DNA of 64,000 nucleotides, taken from positions 113,497-177,496 of the forward strand of contig JANQQK010000035.1 in assembly GCA_028289375.1 (NCBI GenBank), written 5' to 3'. Position numbers and translations under genes: made by a program. The DNA is from Phycisphaerae bacterium. Its GTDB lineage: Bacteria; Planctomycetota; Phycisphaerae; UBA1845. The notes below the pieces were generated by a model, which did no database searches, had not been told where the DNA came from, and was given only the letters and a program-made list of their open reading frames with translations. Below, piece after piece: positions 7,657-18,111 of the stretch; the stretch's first letter is position 1; each line of letters opens with the position of its first letter.

Positions 7657-7944
7657 ATGACACTGTTATCGGATGAGGCGATTCGCGACGGCTTGTCGAA
7701 GCTGGAAGGCTGGACGCAGGTGGATGCTGGCAACGGGAACGGCATTGCGAAGGTCTTCTCGACGGGCAACTTTCTGAAGGGGCTGGCGTTCGTGACGAAG
7801 GTGGCTGTGCTGGCGGAGAACGCGAATCACCACCCGGACGTCGAGCTGACCTATCCGCGGGTGACCATGACGCTGACCACGCATGAAGCCGGCGGGTTGA
7901 CGGAGAGGGATTTCAAGCTGGCTGGTGAGATTGACGCGCTGTAA
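7657..7944 (+). CDS. phhB: 4a-hydroxytetrahydrobiopterin (pterin-4-alpha-carbinolamine) dehydratase
   Basis: GWTQV...FLKGLAFVTKVAVLAENANHHPDVELTYPRVTMTLTTHEAGGLTERDFKLA is the PCD/DCoH signature. The start was set at ATG 7657, which is preceded by AAGGAG. Confidence 0.85.
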   Translation: MTLLSDEAIRDGLSKLEGWTQVDAGNGNGIAKVFSTGNFLKGLAFVTKVAVLAENANHHPDVELTYPRVTMTLTTHEAGGLTERDFKLAGEIDAL

Positions 7945-7989
7945 GTTTCACATCTGACCGCGACGTCGGATTTGCAGGGAGACGACACG

Positions 7990-9009
7990 ATGAGCGAGAC
8001 ACCCAACGAGACGCCGGAAAACGCAAACGCCAGCGAAGCCGCCGAGGAATCCACCGAGACGAAACCGATCGAGCGCGTGCTGCTGACCGGGGCAACGGGT
8101 TTTGTCGGTCGGCACATGCTGCGCGAGCTGGTGTCGCGCGGGTTCACGGCTGTGTGCCTCGTGCGGCGACGGGATCGGCTGAAGAAGGTGTCTGCCGGTC
8201 TGGATCAGACGCGGATCGCGAGCATCGAGGGATCGCTGTTCGACGCCGGGGCGTTGAAAGAGGCGATGCGCGAGTCTGACGCGATTATCCATCTGGTCGG
8301 CATCATCATGGAGAAGCCATTCGCCGGCCAGACGTTCGACAAGGTGCATCGACAGGGAACGGTCAACGTCGTGGACGCGGCGAAGGACGCCGGCATCGAA
8401 CGCTATGTGCACATGAGTGCGTTGGGGTCGCGCGAAAGGGCTGCGTCGGAGTATCACAAGACGAAGTTTGCGGCTGAGGAATACGTGCGGGCAAGCGGTC
8501 TGGACCACACGATTTTCCAGCCCAGCGTCGTGCATGGTTTCGACGGGGAATTCATGGAGCTGATGAAGACATTCGTGGCAGGGATGGTGCCGCCGGTGAT
8601 CCCCTACTTCGGCAGCGGCGAGAACAGGTTGCAGCCCGTGTCGGTCAAGGACGTGGCCTACTGCTTCGTCGAGGCGTTGCGTCGTCCGGCGACGATCGGG
8701 CAGACGTATGAGATGGGCGGGCCTCGGGCGTACTCGTGGAAGGAATTGTACGCGACGTGTCGGCGGCTGATTCCGGGGGCGAAGTCGTGGAAGCCGATGG
8801 TGTCTCAGCCGGTGCCGGTGGCGAAGATGCTGGCCCAGACGGTGATGAAGACGCCGCTGGTGCCGGGGAATCTCAAGTTCAACGTCGATCAGGTTTTGAT
8901 GTCGCAGGAAGACAGCGTGTGCGACGTCGGCCCGGTGGAGCAGGCGTTCGATATCGAGATGCGCGACTTCGAGGCCGAGCTTGCCCGCTACGGCGAGCTC
9001 ATTCGCTAA
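7990..9009 (+). CDS. NAD(P)-binding SDR, epimerase/dehydratase family (NDUFA9-like atypical SDR)
   Basis: Rossmann motif VLLTGATGFVGRHMLRELVSRG, then YHKTKFAAE (YxxxK). The start is ATG 7990 (GGGAGA ribosome-binding site) or TTG 7972. Confidence 0.75.
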   Translation: MSETPNETPENANASEAAEESTETKPIERVLLTGATGFVGRHMLRELVSRGFTAVCLVRRRDRLKKVSAGLDQTRIASIEGSLFDAGALKEAMRESDAIIHLVGIIMEKPFAGQTFDKVHRQGTVNVVDAAKDAGIERYVHMSALGSRERAASEYHKTKFAAEEYVRASGLDHTIFQPSVVHGFDGEFMELMKTFVAGMVPPVIPYFGSGENRLQPVSVKDVAYCFVEALRRPATIGQTYEMGGPRAYSWKELYATCRRLIPGAKSWKPMVSQPVPVAKMLAQTVMKTPLVPGNLKFNVDQVLMSQEDSVCDVGPVEQAFDIEMRDFEAELARYGELIR

Positions 9010-9197
9010 CATCATTCCCCACAATTAATCGTATTTCGGGCCGCCCGTTGCGTAGGATGATGCGTGGAGGGTTGAGGAGAGAGGTCCGCACACAAGCAGC
9101 TTTTCCTCACGAGTGAAGAATCCGAGAGTTGCGATCGAGCGGGCCGAGATTTCCACGCCCGATGGATCAGCGACTCGTGAGCGTTGAGAGAGCACGG

Positions 9198-9980
9198 ATG
9201 ATTCGACAACGGCATTCTGCCTTGACACTGATATTCGCCGTGGCAGCGACGGTCCCGTCTCATGCCGAAAACCTCTGGCAATGGACGCATCAGGCAAGCA
9301 TTGAGGGGATGGCGAATGTGTACGATGGCGGCCCGATTGAGATGGGTGCTAGAACAACCGACGGCCCCGATGATGCGTCGTTCCTCTTCGGCGTCGCCGA
9401 CCGTACGTCTCAGCCTGGTTCACTCGGAGCGCAAGCAAGCGTAGGAGGTGCATCGCGAATCCTCGGAGCGGACGAGGACAGCCTGACAGCGTCGGTTCGT
9501 CTTGATGTCGGTTACTCCCCCTCATTCTTCCCAGGCGGCGACAATCCCGGCGGCGAGGCATCGGGGAGCCTTGACTCGGTGATCGAGTTCGTCATGCCGG
9601 ACGACGGGGTACAGTGGCTCTATCGCATGAGCCTCGATACGGATATTGCAGATGCTTTCACCGGCGAGTCTTCCTTTACGCTCGAGAACCTCACCCGCTC
9701 GGTGATTTTCAAGATCCCCAACGACATCGCACCTGCAGTGGAATTCGATTTTGAAGCGTTTGCCGGTGATCACATTCGCCTGACGACGCATATCTCCAGC
9801 TCCGGCAGCACAGGCCCAAGCAGTCTGCGGCGTTATTCCAGTGATTTGCGACTGGACGTGATCATTCCCGAGCCTGGCACCCTAGCGTTGCTGCTCTTAG
9901 GCAGCATTCTGATGCGACCTGTGCGGCGGGATCGCAGGGCGACAGGACGCGGAGCATTGACCGCCACATATCAGCGATGA
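9198..9980 (+). CDS. Secreted PEP-CTERM sorting-domain protein, hypothetical
   Basis: Signal peptide MIRQRHSALTLIFAVAATVPSHA. The C-terminus IIPEPGTLALLLLGSILMRPVRRDRR has a PEP motif, a hydrophobic helix and an Arg cluster. Confidence 0.7.
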   Translation: MIRQRHSALTLIFAVAATVPSHAENLWQWTHQASIEGMANVYDGGPIEMGARTTDGPDDASFLFGVADRTSQPGSLGAQASVGGASRILGADEDSLTASVRLDVGYSPSFFPGGDNPGGEASGSLDSVIEFVMPDDGVQWLYRMSLDTDIADAFTGESSFTLENLTRSVIFKIPNDIAPAVEFDFEAFAGDHIRLTTHISSSGSTGPSSLRRYSSDLRLDVIIPEPGTLALLLLGSILMRPVRRDRRATGRGALTATYQR

Positions 9981-10141
9981 TTCAATTAGTAGATTCACAC
10001 AGATCATCCTCGCCGCCCTTTTCACCGATACCTCTCTCCGATATTATGAGCACGCTCATATTCGGGTGATACACCTCTGTGGGTGGCGGATCGGGTATAC
10101 TGCGTGGCTTGTTCGAGGAAATGGATGGGACGGAGGCTGTG

Positions 10142-10981
10142 ATGCGTAAGTCGATGGGTGTCTGGGTGGCGGTGGTTGGCGTGATGGCGGGGCCGGTCCT
10201 CGGTGGCGGCGGGGTGGTTGATCTGCAGATTGATCCGGTGCAGTCGTTTGCGGATTTCGAGGTTTGCTTTGGCGGTGTCTGCCGGATGGATGACTCGGAC
10301 GTGGCCGGGATGCTTCAGATCGACGTCGACAATCCCAATGCCCCGGCGGAAATTCTGCTGCTGGATTATGACCTGTCATTGGTGGATCCGCTCTCGTTTT
10401 TCATCGAGATCTTCCTGGGGTCGATCACGCTGAACGCGCAGGATGTGGCGTTTGTCGATCCGCAGCCGGGCGAGCCATTCGGTCCGGTTCCGGTAAACGC
10501 GGGTCAGTTCACGTTTGAGAATGTGCCGGTGACGGCGGAGGGATCGCTGAATTACAACGCCGTCGGCAGTGCGTGCGTGATCGTGCAGCAGCAGGGGTTG
10601 CCGTGCATGGGGATGTTTGACCTTGGATTGCTGGGGGTGATAACGACGGAATCGTTCACCGGGGAGATTCAGGTCGTTGACGGCGAGGTGACGGTGACGG
10701 TCGATTCGGAGTTCATGATCGTGTTCGATCCGGACAATCCGGACTTTGGCACGGTGACGGCGATGACGAGCGTGGTGGCGACCGGGCAGATCGTGACGCC
10801 TGGCGATACCGACGGTGACGGGGATGTCGATCTGGTTGATTTCGAGACGTACCTGGGGTGCGTGACGGGTCCGGACGGTGGGCCTATCGCCGACGGATGT
10901 GCGGCGGTTGACTTCGATGGCGACGATGACGTGGATTTCATCGATCTGGACGAGTTTCAGCTGCGGTTCACCGGCGAGTGA
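10142..10981 (+). CDS. Secreted protein with a C-terminal dockerin-like double Ca-loop tag, hypothetical
   Basis: GGAGG ribosome-binding site and signal peptide MRKSMGVWVAVVGVMAGPVLG. The C-terminus is DTDGDGDVDLVDFETYLGCVTGP...GCAAVDFDGDDDVDFIDLDEF. Confidence 0.65.
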   Translation: MRKSMGVWVAVVGVMAGPVLGGGGVVDLQIDPVQSFADFEVCFGGVCRMDDSDVAGMLQIDVDNPNAPAEILLLDYDLSLVDPLSFFIEIFLGSITLNAQDVAFVDPQPGEPFGPVPVNAGQFTFENVPVTAEGSLNYNAVGSACVIVQQQGLPCMGMFDLGLLGVITTESFTGEIQVVDGEVTVTVDSEFMIVFDPDNPDFGTVTAMTSVVATGQIVTPGDTDGDGDVDLVDFETYLGCVTGPDGGPIADGCAAVDFDGDDDVDFIDLDEFQLRFTGE

Positions 10982-11028
10982 ATGGCTTGACGACGCCGCG
11001 AGAATCGTTGCGGGCGCGGCGTGTTTGA

Positions 11029-12488
<1,460 letters not shown>

Positions 12489-12489
<1 letters not shown>

Positions 12490-13262
12490 TGGTGCAGGAT
12501 CCGTATGACACGCAGGAAGTGCTGGGCTTGCCGCCGGAGCAGTTGCCGCGACACATTGCGATCATCATGGATGGCAATGGACGATGGGCGCGGCAGCAGG
12601 GATTGCCCCGGATTCATGGACATGCCGAGGGTGCGAAGGCTGTGCGCAAGGTGGTGACGCATTGTGCGCGGCTGGGGCTTGAGGCGCTGACGTTGTACAG
12701 CTTCAGCGTGGAGAACTGGAAGCGCCCCAAAGCGGAGGTTGACTTCCTGATGGAGTTGTATGGTGAGTACCTCGTGGCGGAGCGGGGGGAGATCACTGAG
12801 AACAATGTGCGGCTGGTGCATGTCGGTCGGCGTGAGGGGTTGCCGGCGAACGTCCTTCGCGAGATGGACAAGACGGTCGAATTGAGTCGCGAGAACACGG
12901 GGTTGAAGCTGTGCCTGGCGTTGAACTACGGATCGCGTGATGAGATGCTGGATGCGATTCGGGGGATCGCGGCGGACGTGCGTGACGGCAAGTTGAGCGT
13001 CTCGGACATCGATGGGGATCTGGTGTCGAATTCGCTGTACACCGCGGGGATCAGCGATCCTGACCTGCTGATTCGGACGGCCAACGAGCGGCGGATCAGC
13101 AATTTCCTGCTTTGGCAGATCAGTTACACGGAGTTGTTCGTGACCGATGTGCTGTGGCCTGACTTTTCGGTCGACGTTTTGAATGACGCGATCAAGGACT
13201 TTGCGGATCGCGAACGACGCTTCGGCGATGTTGTCCCTCCCAAGCCGGTGGCGAGGCCTTAA
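12489..13262 (+). CDS. uppS: Isoprenyl transferase / di-trans,poly-cis-undecaprenyl-diphosphate synthase
   Basis: HIAIIMDGNGRWA, LTLYSFSVENWKRP and RTANERRISNFLLWQISYTELF are present. The ATG overlaps the purA stop (TGATG), and an alternative GTG lies at 12486. Confidence 0.9.
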
Positions 13263-13335
13263 CCACGCGCGCTGTGCCTTGCGGCGCATGCCCTTGCAAA
13301 CGTTCCATTCTCAGACAGCGTAACACATGACTTTC

Positions 13336-13364
13336 TTGGCTGTTGCGGGCTTGTCGGCTAGGAT
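13336..13364 (+). promoter_or_regulatory. Candidate sigma-70-like promoter (TTGGCT-N17-TAGGAT) of the glycosyltransferase gene
   Basis: Exact 17-nt spacer. The gene start at 13412 has a GGGGAG ribosome-binding site. Confidence 0.3.
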
Positions 13365-13411
13365 GAAGATCCTGCCGGGATGGATGGACTTAGACTGGGG
13401 AGCCCGAAGCG

Positions 13412-15688
13412 ATGAGCAACAGCGCGCCACCGTCTGTAGCGATGATTGGTTCGTACGTTCCACGAAAGTGCGGAATCGCGACGTTCACGCACGATCTGTC
13501 CACTGGCTTGGCGAATGCCGTTTTCGATCATCCCCTTGCCGGCCATGGGCCCCTCGGCATCGTCGCGATGAACGACCTCGACGAGAACTATGATTACGAC
13601 AGCCAGGTCGTGTATGAGATTCGCGATCACGTCAAGCAAGCCTACCGCGATGCGGCGGACTTTCTGAACCAGAGCAAGTACGACGTCGTCTGTGTCCAGC
13701 ACGAGTATGGCATTTTCGGGGGTGACTGCGGGGATTATCTGCTGGCGATGACCGATCGACTGACCAAGCCGGTGGTGACAACATTGCACACGGTCCTTGC
13801 AGAGCCGAACGCAGCGCAGCGTCGGGTGCTGGCCGCGTTGGGTGAGCGGAGCAGTTCGATGGCGGTGATGGCCAATCGAGCGTACCGCATGCTCGAGGAG
13901 GTCTACGCGATTCCGAAGTCGAAATCGCACCTGATTCACCATGGTGTGCCGGACGTGCCATTTGCCGATACGGAGCCCTTCAAGAAGCGATTCGAGGTAT
14001 TGGGTCGTCCAACCATTTTGACGTTCGGCCTGTTGAGCCCGAACAAGGGCATCGAGCTGATGCTGGATGCACTGGCGAGGGTGAAGTCTGATTTCCCGGA
14101 TGTCGCCTACATCGTACTCGGGGCGACGCATCCGGGCGTAAAGCGTGAGTCGGGTGAATCGTATCGCATGTCGCTGGAGCAGAAGGCGCTCAAGCTGGGC
14201 ATTGCGGAGAACGTGATCTTTCACAATCGCTACGTATCGCTTGAGGATTTGTGTGAGTACTTGCGGGCGGCGGATTTGTACGTCACGCCCTACCGCAATC
14301 GCGAACAGATCGTTTCGGGAACGCTGGCGTACGCGCTGGCGACAGGGCGCGCGATCATTTCGACGCCCTACTGGTATGCGGAGGAATTGCTGGCTGACGG
14401 GCGGGGGCGATTGGTTGATTTCGAGGATGCCGATGGCTTGGCCAACCACGTTGGCGAATTGCTCAGCGACGGGAAGCTCCGCGCGTCGGTGCGGAAGAAG
14501 GCGTATGACTTTGGGCGACGCATGACGTGGTCATCGGTGGCCAAGCAGTATGAGGAACTGTTTGAGCATGCCAAGTCGGAGAAGGACCATCGGTTGAGCG
14601 TGGCTGTCAGCGCGCAGCCGAAGATGCGTTTGTCGTTGCCGGATGTGCGAATGGATCATCTTTATCGCATGACCGACGATACCGGCTTGTTGCAGCATGC
14701 GATTCACGGCACCGCGAATCGGCATCATGGGTATTCGGTCGACGATCAGACCCGCGGAATGATCGTGGCTGCGATGTATCATCGGTTGTTCAATGACAAG
14801 AAGGTGCTCGGTCCTTTCCACACGTACCTGTCGTACGTGCATTACGCGCGGCGGGAGGATGGGTTTTATCGCAATTTCATGGCGTACGATCGGCGTTGGT
14901 TGCCGGACGAAGGGGATCGCAGCGATGCGCAGGGACGGATTCTGTGGGCGACGGGGTATGCGGTGACACATCCGCCGGATCGGCAGTCGCGGACATTGTG
15001 TCAGAAGTTGTTCCGCGCCGGCGTGCCGCTGTTCAAGGACATTGTCCACGTGCGGTCGCTGACGTTTGCGATCCTGGGGTGCCATTACTACCTCCGCCAT
15101 GAACCTGAGGCGAAACAGGTCGTGGCCCTGATGCGGTTGGCGACGGATCGCATCGTGGAGCAATTTGCGGCCAACGAGTCGGACGATTGGCCTTGGTACG
15201 AGGACATTTTGACGTATGACAACGCGCGGATTCCGCAGGCATTGGTCTTGGCTGGTTTGCAGTTTGACGAACCGGGGCTGATCGATCGCGGGGTGCGGTT
15301 GCTGGATTGGCTTCTGACGATTCAGACCAATTCGGAGGGCCATTTGTCGCTCATCGGCAATCGAGGCTGGTTGAAGAAAGGCGGCGAGCCGGCGGGCTTT
15401 GATCAGCAGCCGATTGAGATCGCGGCGCTCGTGGGTGCTTGCAAGGCGATGTACCGTGCGACCGGAGACGTGAAGTACATCAATGAGATGCGGCGGTGTT
15501 TCGACTGGTTCCTGGGGGCGAACGATCTGCATGCCCAGATCATTGACTTTGCGACGCAAGGCTGCCATGACGGATTGACACCGGACGGGGTGAATCTGAA
15601 TCAGGGGGCCGAATCGCTGGTGGCGTGGCTTCACTCGCTGATGATCATGCATGAGATGCAGACGGACGAGATTGTGACGGCTGGGTAG
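13412..15688 (+). CDS. GT4-family (group 1) glycosyltransferase with a ~370-aa C-terminal extension of unknown function
   Basis: The N-terminal half has the GT-B/GT4 pattern (IGSYVPRKCGIATFT..., ...YVTPYRNREQIVSGTLAYALATGRAIISTPYWYAEELL). The C-terminal half (from about aa 390) has no motif I can name. Confidence 0.7.
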   Translation: MSNSAPPSVAMIGSYVPRKCGIATFTHDLSTGLANAVFDHPLAGHGPLGIVAMNDLDENYDYDSQVVYEIRDHVKQAYRDAADFLNQSKYDVVCVQHEYGIFGGDCGDYLLAMTDRLTKPVVTTLHTVLAEPNAAQRRVLAALGERSSSMAVMANRAYRMLEEVYAIPKSKSHLIHHGVPDVPFADTEPFKKRFEVLGRPTILTFGLLSPNKGIELMLDALARVKSDFPDVAYIVLGATHPGVKRESGESYRMSLEQKALKLGIAENVIFHNRYVSLEDLCEYLRAADLYVTPYRNREQIVSGTLAYALATGRAIISTPYWYAEELLADGRGRLVDFEDADGLANHVGELLSDGKLRASVRKKAYDFGRRMTWSSVAKQYEELFEHAKSEKDHRLSVAVSAQPKMRLSLPDVRMDHLYRMTDDTGLLQHAIHGTANRHHGYSVDDQTRGMIVAAMYHRLFNDKKVLGPFHTYLSYVHYARREDGFYRNFMAYDRRWLPDEGDRSDAQGRILWATGYAVTHPPDRQSRTLCQKLFRAGVPLFKDIVHVRSLTFAILGCHYYLRHEPEAKQVVALMRLATDRIVEQFAANESDDWPWYEDILTYDNARIPQALVLAGLQFDEPGLIDRGVRLLDWLLTIQTNSEGHLSLIGNRGWLKKGGEPAGFDQQPIEIAALVGACKAMYRATGDVKYINEMRRCFDWFLGANDLHAQIIDFATQGCHDGLTPDGVNLNQGAESLVAWLHSLMIMHEMQTDEIVTAG

Positions 15689-15691
15689 CGA

Positions 15692-16822
15692 TCAGGCGAA
15701 GGCGAGGTATGCACCGCCGATCGCAGCCAAGCCTGCAACGATGGCGAGCGTGATCTTGACCCAGCTGTAGGGGCGATCGCCCTGCACTTCACCCGTGGCT
15801 GCGTTGACGACGACCTGGTGCGGCTTCTCGTTGTAGGTATACCCCATCATCCACACGGGCAGGAGCAGGTGCTTGAAGGTGACGGCTGCGTGGGTGGTCT
15901 GGATCGAGTGTATCTGCTGGACATCGCCACCGATACGGCGGCGGACGTCGGCTTCGATGGCTTTGTCGATGCGCGACTTGGCTTCGACGAATCCGGCGCC
16001 AAGCGGGATGTCATAGGTGCGGGCGACGAAACCGGATAGCACATCCTGATTAAACGGGGTGCAGTCATTGAGTGGCCAGGGTTCGAGATCATCGAGGCGT
16101 TTGCGGGGGAGTCCTTTGGCGGCGATGACGAGGACATCGTCAAAAAAGCGTTTGAATCGACCGCTTGCGGGGGTCCATCGGGTGCGGACTTCGGTTCGGC
16201 GGTTTTTGCCGCTGCCGACGGTGACGGTGTAGTGGTCGCCGCGCATGCCGCTGTAGGCGTTGGTGGTGAACGAGTCGAATGTCCAGTACGGCAGGTAGAG
16301 ACCTGTGAAGCGACCCTGCACGCCGCGTTTCTTGAAGTCATTCGGGGCAAACCACCGCGACTGCACCCACGCGCGAAGATTGCCTTGTGCGGTCTTGCGG
16401 TCAATGCGAAACGAAAGCACGCCGTCGACCGCGATGCGGTGCTCGGCCTGGTGGACATTCTCACGCTGCAAGGGCACGCCGCAGTAGGCACATTCGGTGC
16501 TGGTCAGGTTGCCGGTGAATCGCACGGTGGCTCCGCACGACTTGCAACCCACTTCGCTGAACTCGGTGTCGATCTGGTCAACACCCGCCTCGCGCATGGC
16601 AGCAAGCCTTTCGAGCATGGCTTCGAAATCCTGCTCGACGATTTCCTGTTCCGGGTCGATGTGGAGCGATTGCTCGTAGCCGCAATGGTCGCACTTGAGT
16701 TGCTGGACACTGATGTTGAACGTCAGGTCTGCTCCGCACCCGGGACATGGGTAGGTGCGGGCGCTGGCGTCCTGTTGGCCTGCTGCAATTTCGGCGGACG
16801 ATGCGTCGTCGTGATCCGTCAT
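15692..16822 (-). CDS. Double zinc-ribbon protein with a C-terminal TM anchor (YdjG-like partner of the SPFH protein)
   Basis: Two CxxC...CxxC ribbons are present (CPGCGADL...CDHCG and CKSCGATV...CAYCG). The C-terminal helix is ITLAIVAGLAAIGGAYLAFA. It lies 15 bp downstream of the SPFH gene on the same strand. Confidence 0.6.
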   Translation of the reverse strand: MTDHDDASSAEIAAGQQDASARTYPCPGCGADLTFNISVQQLKCDHCGYEQSLHIDPEQEIVEQDFEAMLERLAAMREAGVDQIDTEFSEVGCKSCGATVRFTGNLTSTECAYCGVPLQRENVHQAEHRIAVDGVLSFRIDRKTAQGNLRAWVQSRWFAPNDFKKRGVQGRFTGLYLPYWTFDSFTTNAYSGMRGDHYTVTVGSGKNRRTEVRTRWTPASGRFKRFFDDVLVIAAKGLPRKRLDDLEPWPLNDCTPFNQDVLSGFVARTYDIPLGAGFVEAKSRIDKAIEADVRRRIGGDVQQIHSIQTTHAAVTFKHLLLPVWMMGYTYNEKPHQVVVNAATGEVQGDRPYSWVKITLAIVAGLAAIGGAYLAFA

Positions 16823-16837
16823 CGTGCGATAAACGCC

Positions 16838-17944
16838 TTAGCCGGCTGGCGGTGGTGGCGGCGGCGATGCTGCGAACATGCCGGACAGTTGGGGCACCTG
16901 GCCGGCAGGTTGCCAGCCAGCCATCCCGTTGGTCCAAACCATCGTGTCGTTCTTGACCTGCCCGGTTGCGATGGACTGCTGCAACTGCTGGGCGGTGAAT
17001 GGGCCTGTGGTCTGGCCATTGACGGCGATGTGCCAGACGGTTTGCATCGGTGGTGGTGGCGGGGCCATGCCGGGTGCGCCGGCTTGTCCGGCCGTTTGCA
17101 TCATCTGATTGGCCATCGCGAATCCCATGCCCAGACCCATGCCTTCTGACGCACCACCACCGCCGGGGTTGGCGGCTGCGTCGGTGAGGGCCTGACCCAT
17201 CTGGTACTGCTGGAATTTGCCCATATCGCCGATGACGCTCATTTTGGTGCGGGTGTCAAGGGCTTTCTCGACCTCCGGCGGTAGCGAGATGTTCACGATG
17301 AACAGTTGCGGCACGTCGAGGCCATACTCGTCGTCGACGCGTTCGACGACGGCTTCGCGGAGTTGGGCGGAGAATTCGGAGTACTTGCTGGCCAGATCGA
17401 GGGCGGCGACCTGCGATTCGCCGATGACGTCGGCGAAGGCGGAGTTGATGATCGAGCGGAGCAGTTCGTTGATTTCGTCGGTTTCGAAAGAGCCGTCGGT
17501 GCCGACGAGTTCCTTGAGCAGGGCGACGGGGTCGACAGCTTTGAGGGTGTAGGTGCCGAAGGCGCGAAGTCTGATGGGCCCGAACTCGGGATCACGAAGC
17601 ATAACGGGGTTGGGGGTGCCCCACTTCAGATCGGTGACCTGTCGGGTGCTGACGAAGTAGACCTCCGAGCGGAAGGGGCTGTCGAATCCATGCTTCCAGC
17701 CCTGCAGCGTGCTGAGGATGGGCAGGTTGTCGGTCTTGAGCTGGTAGCTGCCTTCGTGGAAGACGTCGGCGACTTCACCGCGGTGGACGAAGATGGCCAT
17801 CTGCCCGGGGCGGACGATGAGTTGGGCGCCGTTCTTGATTTCGTTCTGGTAGCGCGGGAAACGCCAGACGAGCGTGTCGCGCGTGTGGTCGATCCACTCG
17901 ATAATATCAATGAGTTCGCCGCGAAGTTTGTCGAACAGGCCCAT
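16838..17944 (-). CDS. SPFH-domain protein (YdjI / virion-core-like family) with a C-terminal GYF_2 domain
   Basis: The N-terminus MGLFDKLRGELIDIIEW...LVWRFP is typical of this family. A Gly/Pro/Met-rich linker follows, then WHIAVNGQTTGPFTAQQLQQSIATGQVKNDTMVWTNGMAGWQPAGQVPQL (GYF_2/DUF4339-like). AAGGAG ribosome-binding site. Confidence 0.75.
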   Translation of the reverse strand: MGLFDKLRGELIDIIEWIDHTRDTLVWRFPRYQNEIKNGAQLIVRPGQMAIFVHRGEVADVFHEGSYQLKTDNLPILSTLQGWKHGFDSPFRSEVYFVSTRQVTDLKWGTPNPVMLRDPEFGPIRLRAFGTYTLKAVDPVALLKELVGTDGSFETDEINELLRSIINSAFADVIGESQVAALDLASKYSEFSAQLREAVVERVDDEYGLDVPQLFIVNISLPPEVEKALDTRTKMSVIGDMGKFQQYQMGQALTDAAANPGGGGASEGMGLGMGFAMANQMMQTAGQAGAPGMAPPPPPMQTVWHIAVNGQTTGPFTAQQLQQSIATGQVKNDTMVWTNGMAGWQPAGQVPQLSGMFAASPPPPPPAG

Positions 17945-18014
17945 GGGTTGGCTCCTTGAACTGGCTTCAGATTGCGTCCGCTGTATTGGTCGACGGACAA
18001 CCCCTGCAGAAATG

Positions 18015-18043
18015 AGCGTAAATCTTGCGCGATGCGGGGTCAA
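18015..18043 (-). promoter_or_regulatory. Candidate sigma-70-like promoter (TTGACC-N17-TACGCT) of the SPFH/zinc-ribbon operon
   Basis: The minus strand reads TTGACC ccgcatcgcgcaagatt TACGCT. This is the best -35/-10 match seen in the window, about 70 nt upstream of the ATG at 17944. Confidence 0.4.
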
Positions 18044-18111
18044 GAATGGCGGGACGAATCACCATCACAACCCACGGTGTGCGACGAAAACGCACAGAAA
18101 CGGGCAACTGC

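Noticed and set aside
18078-18096. Palindromic hairpin TGTGCG-N7-CGCACA just downstream of the smc stop, considered as a terminator
   Set aside because: The stem is only 6 bp and no U-tract follows on the minus strand. It could be a processing or pause element, but it is not supportable as an intrinsic terminator.
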